Assembly (NCBI GenBank): GCA_038087875.1
Contig: CM075989.1
Span: 1,984,001 to 2,048,000, forward strand
Length of the DNA: 64,000 nucleotides
DNA from: Malacoraja senta
Lineage: Eukaryota
Direction of reading: 5' to 3'
Numbering within the stretch: position 1 is the first letter of the stretch; each line of letters begins with the position of its first letter. This document shows positions 1 to 12,203 of the stretch, in pieces. Position numbers and translations under genes: made by a program. The notes under the pieces were generated by a model that was not told the origin of the DNA, made no database searches, and was given only the letters and a program-made list of their open reading frames with translations.

Positions 1-45
1 AATCACCTGCAGTTGCCTTAAAATCGCCTAAGTGGGACAAGGGCA
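1..45. mobile_element. Right end of a PIF/Harbinger MITE inserted into an HE1 SINE
   Basis: TIR taagtgggacaagggca followed by TTA (46-48). Confidence 0.7.
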
Positions 46-89
46 TTACACTATCCTACACACACGAGGGACAATTTAAAATGTTACCA

Positions 90-730
90 GGCCAGTTAGG
101 ATTCATCAGGATCTCTCCAGTTTCAGGAAAATACCAACATCATCCCCCCTTTACCCCCCTCTCTTCCCTGTGCCCCACCTGCATGTGCACCCATTCTTCC
201 ACTATCCCACTCCACTTTCATCTTCCCCTTTCCCCTTCGACCTACATCCCTTCCTCCTGCTTCACAATTCTCACTTCTTCTTTCTTTATCAACCTTTTGT
301 CTTTTTCCCTTCTCTGGTTTTACTCCACCCATCTGGCAATCAAACCCTGCTCTCCTGCATCCACTGTCGTCATTCATGTATCCCATCTTCCCCAGCCAAC
401 AATGGGCCAATATAGACTCCATCCTTCCTGAGGTCACCTGCTGCCGGCCCTATGTTGTTCTGGCCTTCTCCATCAGTCTGACAAAGGGTTCTGACCCGAA
501 AGGTCACCTCCAGGGATGCTGCCTGACTCACTGAGTTACTCCATCAGTCTGTGTCTATCCGCCTATTACTTGCCAGGGTTTGTTCTGCCCCCATCTATTT
601 TCCAGCTATCATTCCCTCTCACTGGTATCAGTCCGAAGAAGAGTCTCCACCAAGAATGTCACCTGCCCATGTTCTCCAGAGATGCTGCCTGACCTTCTGA
701 GCTACTCCAGCATTTTGTGTGTGTTTTTGT
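90..730 (+). mobile_element. Old PLE 3' end plus a second terminal unit
   Basis: Pyrimidine tract followed by degenerate ctga..gggttctgacccgaaa and gatgctgcctgac..ctgagttactcc. Confidence 0.65.
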
Positions 731-904
731 GGATCAGGCCCTTGGGATTGAATGAAGACTCCTTCATAGGTTGTATAGTGACATAGGCTTGCTGATGAGG
801 AGTAAACCTTCCCCACTATATTAGTGTGCCACGATGCGATCACCAGTATCTGACACTTCCAGAGCCATGCCAGATATCATGTTCCATACAGAACGACAGC
901 TCCC

Positions 905-1145
905 TCAGGTCAGAGGGTGGTGAATCTGTGGAATTCTTTGCCACAGAAGGCTGTGGAGGCCAGGTCCGTGGATAGATTTAAGGCAGACATAGATAGATTC
1001 TTGATTAGTATGGGTCAGAGGTTATGTGGAGAAGGCAGGAGAGTGGGGTTAGGAGGGAAAGATAGATCAGTCATGATTGAATGGCGCAGTAGACTTGATG
1101 GGCCCAATGGCCTGATTCTACTCCTATTCTTAGGACCTTATGACC
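905..1145 (+). mobile_element. CR1/HER1 3' end
   Basis: VNLWNSLPQKAVEA plus 3'UTR gatcag..atgattgaatggcg. Confidence 0.85.
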
Positions 1146-1249
1146 TCAGCACGAGGCTTCTAACAGCCACTAATCTCTGACATGGAGTGCTTGCATTAGC
1201 ACCAACTGGTTCAGTTTCCTGGGGTGACTGCACGAAACCACCCAAGGAA

Positions 1250-1535
1250 TGGTGGTGCAACGGTGGAGCTGCTGCCTTACAGTGCCAGAGACCCGGGTTC
1301 AATACTGACTACGGGTGCTGTCCATACGGCGTTTGTACATGTAACCGTGAGGGTTTTCTCCGGGTGCTCCGGTTTCCTCACACACTCCGAAGACGTGCAG
1401 GTTTGTAGGTTAATTGATTTTGCTAAAAACTTGTAAATTGTCGCTAGTGTGTGTGGATAGTGGCGGTGGATGGGGTGATCGCTGGTCAACATGGGCTCGT
1501 TGGGCTGAAGGGTCAGTTACTCTGCTGTATCTCTC
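1250..1535 (+). mobile_element. HE1-type V-SINE
   Basis: tRNA-like A/B boxes, central ccggtttcctc..cactcc domain, HER1-derived tail. Confidence 0.85.
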
Positions 1536-1554
1536 AGGTCAAAAGTCTAAATTG

Positions 1555-2324
1555 AACAAAATCTATCCAAATATCTCTCCCATCTGTGATAAATGCTTAT
1601 CTGAGAATACCACTATAACACAATCTTGTCTCCTGTATAAAACTTCATCAATTCTGGAATTACATTTTTGACATTTTTACAAAACTATTTAAGAGAAGAA
1701 TTGAACCTAATACAGAAAGGATTATCTTTGGATCAATGGAAGATGGGAATAAGCTAAATCCGTTTCAAAAATCTCTACTTAATTACGGTTTAAATACGGC
1801 AAAAAAACTCATACTTAAATTTTGGAAAAATGCGCCAACTCCAACGTTCAAAATGTGGATTTCAAATATGTCGGAAATGGCATATCTTGAAGAAATGCGA
1901 CTCCTTCTAGCAGGTAAAGTAGACAAATTCTTATTGATTTGGTCTCCTTTTATTGACTTCTTACAAGCATATGGTGCAACACAACCATAGAAATAAAATG
2001 GTTCAGAATCAGGTGACGGGTGGCCTGGAACATTAAATACATATATCGCTTTCATTCTCCTTTTCCCCTTTTTTTTTCTCTTCTTCTCTATTTCGTCTCT
2101 TTTACTTTCTCTTTCTACTTCTTCTTTCTACTTTCGGGCTATCTTTCTATTTCACGCAACACTCTATGTCAATCTCATATTGTCTCCCTTTCTCCCTTAC
2201 CCTTGCTTTATTATTAAATTAAAAATAAGAAGTTGTATATGAAATGTAATATGTCAACAAGTATTAGGTACTGTGGCACCACATTATTGTACTTAACTCT
2301 AACAAAAATAAATAAAAAATAAAT
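1555..2324 (+). mobile_element. L1-clade LINE 3' fragment inserted at the end of an HE1 SINE
   Basis: Zinc-knuckle remnant SPICDKC..C..FW, AKKLILKFWK..PT..W..WSPFIDFL; A-rich tail; direct repeat aagtctaaattg at 1543-1554 and 2325-2336. Confidence 0.8.
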
Positions 2325-2669
2325 AAGTCTAAATTGGAAAAGTTCATTTTTCGACTTAGAATTGGAATGATGTGGCTGCGGGAAGGGTGGCTCGAGATTA
2401 TCTGACGCTTTCAAACGGTAATTGCGCTTGTGCTTGCGAATAATAAAATATGCAGGACTCTGAAAGAAGAAAATTAGAAGACTTGGTCAAAAGGTCAACC
2501 TGTGAACAAGGCGTCAGTGGCCACCAGCTCAGTGAAGCTCTACAAGAGCTTCCATCATTCAGGACAACCGCTGGAGATGTCTCGGCCCGAAACATCACCT
2601 CTTCATTTTCTCCAGAGATGCTGCCTGACCTGCTGAGTTACTCCAGCTTCTTGTGGCTACCTGCATTTA

Positions 2670-2955
2670 GTTATAGCTTTAGTTGTAGTTTTAGAGATAC
2701 AGCACGGAAACAGGCCCTTCGGCCCACCAGCAATCCCCATACATTAACACTATCCTACACACACTTATACTAAGCCAATTAACCTACAAACCTGTACATC
2801 TTTTGAGTGTGGGAGGAAACAGGAGACCCTGGAGAAAGGCCACGCAGTCACGGGGAGAACGTACAAGCTCCGTACAGACAGCACCCGTAGTCAGGATCGA
2901 ACCCGGGTCTCTGGCGCTGTGAGGCAGCAACTCTACCGCTGCGCCACCGTGCCGT
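2670..2955 (-). mobile_element. HE1-type V-SINE
   Basis: Full-length reverse copy, A box tggcgcagcgg, B box ggttcgatcc. Confidence 0.9.
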
Positions 2956-3640
2956 CTTAAAAAAAAATTCTAATCTGACTCCAGCTTCCATTCCGCCAAA
3001 CATCAAGCAATTCAAAAGACTTAGGAAATGTTGAGAGTGCCGTAGGTTCCACAGTTGTAGCCTGCCTTGCTTGTACTCTTCAGCATGTCAGTAGTAACAG
3101 CACTGAACACTCACTGAGGTGTGGGCCCTGTAAACACCATTTAAACCCCATCAACATCGCCAAAGGCCCGTCAACCATTTCAAATCAACTTGATGTCTTC
3201 ACTGATAAACATGAAACCAGAAACAGCAAATGTTTCAACAAAGAAAGGACAATATCTCTCTGTCAGTCATTTTAATGCTCACATCAATTTTGCAATAATA
3301 ACATCCTAAATTGAGCTTGAACAAATAACTACTATCTTGTTACGTGGGTGATGGAGAGTTACAGAGTAATGTTAGTAATTAACACAACCTCATTTGAAGA
3401 GAAGCTTCTATTTCATTGTCAGACTCGAGATTTAAGCAGGAACAAAAAGCTCTTGATTTTTTTTTAGTTTTAAGCTGCTGTGATCTTCACGTATTTGTGA
3501 AGGAGAGATGTGAGCATGAATCACAGATGACACCACATGCCAGACACCACTCACCGCTGGGCAGTTCAGAGACTGAGCGACCTCACGCTGGCCATAGATA
3601 GGAAGGTGCTCGCTCTTTAACTGTGGTCAATGGTATCGTA

Positions 3641-3964
3641 GACAGACACAAGAAGCTGGAGTAACTCAGCGGGACAGGCAGCATCTCTGGAGAAAAGGAA
3701 TAGGTGTCGTTTCGGGTCGAGACCCTTCTTCAGACTTAGGGGAAAGGGAAACAAGAGATGTAGACGATGATTGTAGAGAGATATGGAACTAATGAATGAA
3801 AGATATGCAAAGAGTAATGATGATCAAGGAAAGATGGAGCCCACAATGGTCCATTGTTGGGTGTGTGGTGGGTGATAACGAGTTATACAGACAGGGAAAC
3901 TAGTACGATGACTAGGATGGGGGAGGGACGGAGAGAGAGGGGATGCAAGGGTTACTAGAAGTTA
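3641..3964 (-). mobile_element. PLE 3' terminus
   Basis: Homologous to the 35600-36752 copy. Confidence 0.8.
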
Positions 3965-4365
3965 AGGGGCTGTCCCACTGCGGCAACCTAATTGGTGAGT
4001 TTAGAAGAGTTTAGGAGAGTTTGAAAAAATGTCTTGTTGAAGACCTCCTTCAACTATGTTGAAGACTATCTACGACTCCCTTCGACTACCCTCGATTATC
4101 TACGATTACCTACGAATAACATGCCAACCTACTACAACCTACTACGACTAAACCTACGACCTTTTTTTAACTCGCGTGCATTTTTCAACATGTTGGAAAA
4201 TACGCCACGACCTAGCTGAGGCCTCGAGTACGCGAGGACTACTCTCGAGCATGAAGGAGAGTTACAAAGACCTCCTAGGACCTCGTGTCGACCATGCTGC
4301 GTGTATGAGTCGAGGGCAAACTCGTCTGAACTCGCGGATTAGGTCACCGCAGTGGGACAGACCCT
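3965..4365. mobile_element. PIF/Harbinger MITE
   Basis: 28-bp TIR agg(g/g)(g/t)ctgtcccactgcgg..acctaat with 3 mismatches; TTA TSD at 3962-3964 and 4366-4368; interrupts a PLE end. Confidence 0.88.
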
Positions 4366-4547
4366 TTAGAGATATTGAACTGTGCTCTCACTGCTCACGT
4401 GTCACACTTGGTTTTCCACTTTAAAATAAGGAAAATATGAATCAAAGCGTGAATGTTTTTGCATCCACAAATATAGTTGCTCCGTTACTGCCATTTAGCT
4501 GCTGGGACCAAAGCTGTGGATTCTCCCCGTACAACTCTCTGCCTTTC

Positions 4548-4845
4548 TGTGTTGGATGGAACTGCAGATGCTGGTTTACACCAGTGAAAGACACAAAATG
4601 CTGGAGTAACTCAGTGGGACAGGCAGCATATCTGCATAGAAGGAATGGGTGACATTTCGGGTCGAGACCCTTTTTCAGACTGCCTTCGTCTCGACCCGAA
4701 ACGTCACCCATTCATTCTCTCAAGAAATGCCGCCTGTCCCGCTGAGTTAAGAAGAAGGGTCTTGACCTGAAGCGTCACCTATACCTTTTCTCCAGAGATG
4801 ATGTCTGACCCGCTGAGTTACTCCTGCTTTTTATGTCTATATGTA
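4548..4845. mobile_element. PLE terminal unit, inverted plus tandem
   Basis: One reverse copy followed by two forward copies. Confidence 0.8.
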
Positions 4846-5102
4846 GTAAAGCTTGTTGTTTAGGAATTTCTCCCGATTCTGACAAGGCACGGGGAGATCC
4901 CAAATATCCCACACACACTTCCACAGCGAATTCCACGAGACCTAATCACACACGTTGACTGTATCTGTCTACATTGTCCTCTTCCTTCACTCTGTATCTA
5001 TGCAGCATTGTACGATCCACTTTTACAGCAAAGCTTCCTAAACCTCCAGAGCACCGTTTACAGAAATGATCTGAACCAAGCATATGTATGTACAGTATAC
5101 AT

Positions 5103-5306
5103 TTAAGAAGGAACTGCAGATGCTGGAAAATCAAAGGTAGACAAAAATGCTGGAGAAACTCAGCGGGTGAGGCAGCATCTATGGAGCGAAGGAATAGGTG
5201 ACGTTTCAGTCTGAAGAAGTGTTTCGGCCCGAAATGTTGCCTATTTCCTTTGCTCCATAGATGCTGCCTCACCCGCTGAGTTTCTCCAGCATTTTTGTCT
5301 ACCTTC
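5103..5306. mobile_element. PLE inverted terminal unit, subfamily B
   Basis: Arms aggtagacaaaaatgctggagaaactcagcgggtgaggcagcatctatggagc and its reverse complement. Confidence 0.82.
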
Positions 5307-6753
5307 TATGTATATATTGTTTGTAGAGTCTACCTGTAACTCCTTATCCTGTACCTATGACGTCTGGACATCTGACTAAATAATCAATCAACCACATTTA
5401 TATAGTAAATTGTAAAACTTTAATTACATTGATAAATCTTCTGAAACCAATACAATTTAACTGACGATTGTGAGTGCATTAAAAATTAAACAGAGCATCC
5501 TGAAATAAAACAGCAGATTAAAGTCTGATTGCAGAGTTTCCTGTGGTCCCTGTGACGTGCATGAACTAAAGATCTGTCGGCTCTTTAGAACAGGGGGTCC
5601 CATGGGAGAGGAGACCAGCATCTGTGTTGAAAGTGTCACAGATCAGATTGCTGTCATGAAGTCCCCTCGCACTGTTCCAAACCCCACGGTAATATTTCAG
5701 CTACTTAACGGCAAGCAGAATTTCACACTCAGGAGCTTCATGGAGGAGCAGAGAGGCAGCGGGGAAGGGGGCTGGGCAAGCAAGACACATCCTTCAATAA
5801 TCCCAATAAATGTTCAACATCCTTACATTTCCCTTTCGCTTCAGGTTTGATGATATCATACCCACCCTGACAATAAAGTGCTAGAGTCAGTCCCACCCTG
5901 GTGCTTGGATTCAAAGCCCAGAGGTTTTCCTCACTGCAGAGGAACAAATCCTTCTGCCCTTGGAAAAAATGTGTCCAATCCTGTTGTATTTAACAAGACA
6001 GAATCGTGAAAGATTCCACAGGCCACACAACCCATCACATTACACATTCTCTCTGTGGTAATCCCAGCATTCCTCTGCTCCCTCTTTTCCAGCAGTCCTC
6101 TCATTGTTTTCGACCTTCAATTTGTGTCACCGATTCTAAATTCTAAATACTCCGAGTGTAAAAGATTCTCCTGTTAACTTGCCTCTCAATTCTCTTCACA
6201 CATCCTGGAGCCTCTCTCTTTTACGCTGCTGTCGGAGTAAACCTTCACTCTCTCCCCACGACAACCCCAATCTGTTTGCCCGTTGGACACTTGGCTCTGT
6301 ACACATGGTCTGCAACAGAGCCTGCTATTGTACACCTGGGACAAAGGGTTCTGTCGGTAAAGCAATGCACACCACACAATAGTCCACCAGCGAACATGCC
6401 GTGTAGCACAGAGGAGAGTAACGAGAAGATGGTGATAGTACCAAAGATGCCGTCTATGGGAGAACCGAGTCTGATGGAACCTCAACACCTCATAAGGTCA
6501 TAAGGAATAGGAGTAGAATTAGGCCATTCGGCCCATCAAGTCTACTCCGCCATTCAATCATGGCTGATCTATCTCTCCCTCCTAACCCCATTCTCCTGCC
6601 TTCTCCCCAGAATTAATACTTGACCCTGCGGGACATGCAGCCAGGAATACTGCGATACACAGAAGCAAAAACAATGCTCAGTCAGAATCACCCTCAAGAA
6701 ATGGCCCAGATAAAAGCAATGGTTCTGTGTGCTTGATGTAAACTGACACACCG

Positions 6754-7003
6754 CTGTAAGAAGGAACCGCAAGTGCTGGTTTAAACCGAAGATAGACACA
6801 AAAAGCTGGCGTAACTCAGCGGGGCAGGCAGCATCTCTGGAGAGAAGGAATGGGTGACGTTTTGGATCGAGACCCTTCTACAGACTGGGTTCTTCAGACT
6901 TCAGACCCAGACTGAAGTAGGTTCTCGACCCAAAACGTCACCCAACCCTTCTCTCCAGAGATGGTGCCTGACCCGCTGAGTTACGCCAGCTTTTTGTGTC
7001 TTT
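6754..7003. mobile_element. PLE inverted terminal unit
   Basis: ~100-bp inverted arms. Confidence 0.82.
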
Positions 7004-7377
7004 CTCACTGCTATCACACTGCTCTTTGCAGAGATGTTGCAAGTCATCCAAGGATTGGACTTTGCCATTGAATGCTGCATGAGTTGCTCCACAGTTGGGA
7101 GCAACAATAGATTTTGATGCTGCCCCCTTGTGGGGAGAGAGGTGACTCCTGTTACACTGAGGGGCCAGGGTCAGGGCAGCATTGACATGGGGCGGTTGCA
7201 GTGGGGTAGTTCCCACCCAGTGTCAGTAGACCTCCACACAGCGGAGAGTCTGAGGCCAAGGTGCTCTCTGCTCCCACTATCACAGCTTCTGTGCCGTACT
7301 ACACCTCCCCCCACTGGCCAATGACTGTGGGCTATTGGCACCTAATTCAGCTGGGATCGATCACATCCCAGGCAGAA

Positions 7378-7670
7378 TTTAGTTTAGTTTAGCTTCCAGA
7401 TACAGCGCGGAAACCGGCCCTTCGGCCCATTGAGTCCGCGCCGACCAGTGATCCCGGCACACTAACACTATCCTACACACATTCGGGACAATTTACATAT
7501 TCATACCAAGCCAATTAACCTACAAGCCTGTACGTCTTTGGAGTGTGGGATGAAATTGAAGATCTCGGAGAAAACCCACGCAGGTCCCGGGGAGAACGTA
7601 CAAACTCCATACAGACAGCACCCGTAGTCAGGATCGAACCTGGGTCTCTGGCGCTGTAAGGCAGCAACTT
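7378..7670 (-). mobile_element. HE1-type V-SINE
   Basis: Matches family consensus; (TAAAC)n tail. Confidence 0.9.
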
Positions 7671-7710
7671 GCACCCACTCAGGGCAAGAACTGGCAATGG
7701 TATTGCTCCT

Positions 7711-8030
7711 ATCCCCAACCGGAAGGTAGCCGGTTCGAATCCCGCTTGGAGTGCATACTGTCGTTGTGTCCTTGGGCAAGACACTTCACCCACCTTTGCC
7801 TGCGTGTGAATGTGTGTGAATGCGTGTGACTGATTGGTGGTGGTCGGAGGGGCCGTAGGCGCAGATTAGCAGCCACGCTTCCGTCAGTCTGCCCCAGGGC
7901 AGCTGTGGCTACAGAAGTAGCTCACCATCACCGAGTGTGACTGAGGAGTGAATGAATAATGCGATGTAAAGCGCCTTGGGTATTAGAAAGGCGCTATATA
8001 AATCCCATCCATTATTATTATTATTATTAT
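7711..8030 (+). mobile_element. tRNA-derived CORE-type SINE with L2-type tail, resembling teleost AFC-type SINEs
   Basis: B box ggttcgaatccc, gtcgttgtgtccttgggcaagacactt, gccccagggcagctgtggctac, tail tgtaaagcgccttg..aaaggcgctatataaat and (ATT)n. Confidence 0.8.
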
Positions 8031-8668
8031 CCCACCCTGCCCCAGTCCCAGATCACGTGTCAACCTTTGCCCTTGGCTGAAGGTGGGGTCCATCTACTCT
8101 GATACATCCACCCTGGGGGTGGGGCTGCTTACAGAGAAAGTAAATCACCCAGGGCACAAGGACGGACACACACAGAGACAAAGGTTTGCATGTGAAACAC
8201 ACTCAAATCTTTGGCATCTTGAGTCTAACTGTCCTGCGTCAGTAGCACAGGCCCCAGTGACCACCGCCTCCTTAAAACCTATAAAACAAAACAAGAACAC
8301 AAGACAAAAAAAACCACAGAAAACATCAAATTAAAACTATGTAAATGAAAAGGGAAATGAAATGAAGCAAGATGGAACCGAACTGAAACATTAAAATGCA
8401 CAAGAACGCGCTCTGAGTCTGGAGGCTGATGAATTGGGATTATGTAGTTCCCCACATCTCGCACAGATAACTCACACTTCATCAACTAGCTCGCAGTGTC
8501 TACTAGCAGATGGATAGATTTGTTGAAATTTACATCTGGAAAGGCCTTGTAACTGTCAATGAACTTGTGCAGGGAGGATCTGCAGATGCCGGTTTAAACC
8601 CACAATAGACACAACATGCTGGAGTGACTCAGCGGGTCAGGCAGCATCTCTGGAGAGAAGGAGTAGGT

Positions 8669-8696
8669 GACGTTTCGGGTCGAGACCCTTCTTCAG
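8669..8696 (-). ncRNA. Minimal type-I hammerhead ribozyme core
   Basis: CUGAAGA A GGGU-CUCG-ACCC GAAACGUC. Confidence 0.7.
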
Positions 8697-8902
8697 ACTG
8701 AGAGTCAGGCAAACGTTGGTTGATGTTGTTTTGGGCAGTAGGTACAGAAGCCTGAAGCCCCTCATCACAAGGTTCAGCAACAGATACTTTCCTACACAAT
8801 GTGTAAGAAGGAACTACAGATGCTGGCTTACACCGAAGATAGACATAAAACGTTGGAGTAACTCAACGGGTCAGACAGCATCTCTGGAGAAAAGGAATAG
8901 AT

Positions 8903-8930
8903 GACGTTTCGGGTCGAGACCCTTCTTCAG
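8903..8930 (-). ncRNA. Minimal type-I hammerhead ribozyme core
   Basis: Identical core to 8669-8696. Confidence 0.7.
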
Positions 8931-9489
8931 GCTGTCAAAGATCTGTGAACAGTCTGATGAAGCGTCTTGATCCAAAATGTCACCTATCCCTTTTCTCCGG
9001 TGATGTATCTATACACTGTAAATGGATCGATTGTAATCATGTATTGTCATTCTGCTGACTGGTTAGCACGCAACAAAAGCTTCTCACTGTATCTCGGTAC
9101 ACGTGACAATAAACTAAACTGAAACGGAAACTGAGCCGCTGAGTTATTCGGGCATGTTGTGCCTACTTTCCTACAAATATTGGGATCTTGACCCAACCTG
9201 CACAACCCTAACCCTACCTCAGCCACGGAACACACCTTGTCGCATGGCCTTACCTCATGCACCTGGTTTGGTTCTAATTGTATTTTGCATTAATGCTTTA
9301 TGTTTCTGCACTGTTTTATTTTCCTGCAGTCTTGCAGAATTTATGTGTAACTTCTGCATCATTTATGTATAATTTCAGTTTTATATTTTCTCAGAGCTAA
9401 ATGTGCCTGTGTTGCTGTTGCAAGTAAGATTTATATGGTGGCTGTACCTCACTGTATGACACTAGACTTGATTAGTCTTGACATGTGTG

Positions 9490-9660
9490 GTGCTCAGGGA
9501 GGAATATTGGCCGGGTAATCAGAAGTGTCCCCTGTTTTTAAGTGGTTCCATGGAAACTTTAATGGCCAGGAGGGAGAGGTGCAGTTACATGCTCATATGT
9601 TCTGAAGGGCAGCAACTTCTGCAAGGCAACAAGACTGGAGTGTCAGTCTTGTGTAAAAAT
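9490..9660 (-). mobile_element. Ancient DeuSINE (SacSINE/AmnSINE-like) relic
   Basis: Colinear degenerate blocks ggaggaatattggcc..cccctg..ccatgg..ctggagtgtcag recalled from the reverse complement of the Deu domain. Confidence 0.45.
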
Positions 9661-10280
9661 AAATGACCCAGTTGAGAATTTCTGACAAACTTATTCAGGT
9701 ATATGGATATTTTTAAGGCATAGATAGATAGATTCTTGATTAGTACAGGGGTCAGGGGTTACTGGGACAAGGCAGGAGAATGGGATTGAGAGGGAGAGAT
9801 ACAGTAGATCAGCCATGATTGAATGGCGGAGGAAACTTGATGGGCCGAATGGCCTAATTCTTCACCTATCACTAAAAATGAATGAGTTTGAAAGAGGAAT
9901 GGCCAAGGAGGGCAGGGTATTATCATCATCAGGTTTAGACAGAGTAAAGAGTAAACTCTGGCAACATTTCACAAAGTCTTTCAACGTAAATAACAAACCA
10001 CTGCAATGTCAGCTATGGCAGTACAGTAAACAGGAGGGGAATCTGATAGGTGTAGGAAGGAACAGCAGATGCTGGTTTAAACCAAAAATAGACACAACAT
10101 ACTGGAGTAACTCAACGGGACAGACAGCATCTCTGGGGAGAAGGGATGGGGGATGTTTTGGGTAACTTAACCCATGTCTACCATGAAGAAGTTACCTGAA
10201 ACATCACCCATTCCTTCTCTCCAGAGATGGGGTTGAGGGTGGGGATGGGGATAGGAGGGTGCCAGCACCTACAGATTCGA

Positions 10281-10935
10281 GGTGAGGGTGGGGATCGGGG
10301 TGGGGGTGGGGGTGAGGGGTGGGTGTGGGTGAGTGTGGGTGTGGGGGTGGGGGTGTGGGTGGGAGTGTGGGTGGGTGTGGGTGTGGGGGTGGGGGTGTGG
10401 GTGGGTGAGTGTGGGTGTGGGTGTGGGTGTGGGTGTGGGTGTGGGGGTGGGTGTGGGGGTGTGGGTGTGGGTGGGGGTGGGTGTGGGTGAGTGTGGGTGT
10501 GGGGGTGGGGGTGGGGGTGTGGGTGGGGGTGTGGGGGTGTGGGTGTGGGGGTGGGGGTGTGGGGGTGGGGGTGTGGGTGTGGGTGGGGGTGGGGGTGGGG
10601 GTGGGGGTGGGTGTGGGGGTGTGGGTGTGGGTGGGGGTGGGTGTGGGTGAGTGTGCGTGTGGGGGTGGGGGTGTGGGTGTGGGTGGGGGTGGGGGTGGGT
10701 GTGGGGGTGTGGGTGTGTGGGGGTGGGTGTGGGTGTGGGGGTGGGGGTGTGTGGGGGTGGGTGTGGGGGTGTGGGTGTGTGGGGGTGGGGGTGGGTGTGG
10801 GGGTGTGGGTGTGGGGGTGGGTGTGGGGGTGGGGGTGTGTGGGGGTGGGTGTGGGTGTGGGGGTGGGGGTGTGTGGGGGTGGGTGTGGGTGTGGGGGTGG
10901 GGGGTGGGTGTGGGTGAGTGTGGGTGTGGGGGTGA
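10281..10935. repeat. Degenerate (GGGTGT/GGGGGT)n tract
   Basis: ~650 bp made almost entirely of G and T. Confidence 0.97.
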
Positions 10936-11049
10936 GGTCGAGGGTCCCAGCAGGGTTAAACCAGGAGCGGGGTCTCCTAGCGAGTGATGTACTAACCTCC
11001 TCCACTCACACATCTGAAGCTTTATGTTAAATGATTCTTGTCCAATGTT

Positions 11050-12203
11050 TTTGTCCAGCATTTGATAAGGTCCCACATGAGATTAGTGGGCAAAATTAGA
11101 GCACATTGGGGGTAGAGTGCTGACATGGATAGAGAAGTGGTTGGCAGACAGGAAGCAAAGAGTAGGGATTAACGGGTCCCTTTCAGAATGGCAGGCAGTG
11201 ACTAGTGGGGTACCGCAAGGCTCGGTGCTGGGACCGCAGCTATCTACAATATACATCAATGATGTGGATGAAGGGATTCAAAGTAACATTAGCAAATTTG
11301 CAGATGACACAAAACTGGGTGGCAGTGTGAACTGTGAGGAGGATACTATGAGAATGCAGGGTGACTTGGACAGGTTGGGTGAGTGGGCAGATGCATGGCA
11401 GATGCAGTTTAATGTGAATAAATGTGAGGTTATCCACTTTGGTGGCAAAAACAGGAAGTCAGATTATTATCTGAATGGTGTCAAGTTGAGAAAGGGGAAA
11501 TACAACGGGATCTGGGGGGTCCCTGTTTATCAGTCAATGAAAGTAAGCATGTAGGTAGAGCAGGCTGTGAAGAAAGATAATGGCATGTTGGCCTTTATAA
11601 CAAGAGGAGTTGAGTATAGGAGCAAAGAGGTCCTTCTGCAATTGTACAGGGCCCTAGTGAGACCACACATGGTGTATTGTGTGCAGTTTTGGTCTCCAAA
11701 TTTGAGGAAGGACATTCTTGCTACTGAGGGAGTGCAGCGTAGGTTCACAAGGTTAATTCCCGGGATGGCGGGACTGTCATATGCTGAAAGAATGGAACGG
11801 CTGGGCTGGAATTTAGAAGGATGAGGGGATCTTATTGAAACATATAAGATTATTAAGGGTTTGGACACGCTAGAGGCAGGAAACATTTTCCCGATGTTGG
11901 GGGAGTCCCGAACCAGGGGCCACAGTTTAAGAATAAGGGGTAAGCCATTTAGAACGAAGATGAGGAAACACTTTTTCACACAGAGAGTTGTGAGTCTGGA
12001 ATTCTCTGCCTCAGAGGGCGGTGGAGGCTGGTTCTCTGGATACTTTTAATAGAGAGCTAGATAGGGCTCTTAAAGATAGCAGAGTCAGGGGATATGGGGA
12101 GAAGGCAGGAACTGATTGTGGATGATCAGCAATGATCTCATTGAATGGCGGTGCTGGTTCGAAGGGCCGAATGGTCTACTCCTGCATCTATTGTCTATTG
12201 TTT
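11050..12203 (+). mobile_element. CR1/HER1 LINE 3' fragment
   Basis: Frameshifted RT (GVPQGSVLGP, FADDTK, LVRPH) plus 3'UTR; colinear with the 49-52 kb copy. Confidence 0.92.

Larger units (their letters stand above)
8565..9003. mobile_element. Two PLE terminal units (8565-8708, 8801-9003) around a Rex 3' relic
   Basis: Perfect motif copies. Confidence 0.82.

Noticed and set aside
2360..2417. AG..GT-bounded open segment NWNDVAAGRVARDYLTLSN
   Set aside because: No recognisable protein; phase incompatible with the next candidate
5535..5688. AG..GT-bounded open segment VSCGPCDVHELK...
   Set aside because: Weak polypyrimidine tract, no recognisable homology
10178..11076. Long Pro/His/Thr-rich and Gly/Val/Trp-rich ORFs
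   Set aside because: Artefacts of the stop-free G/T repeat
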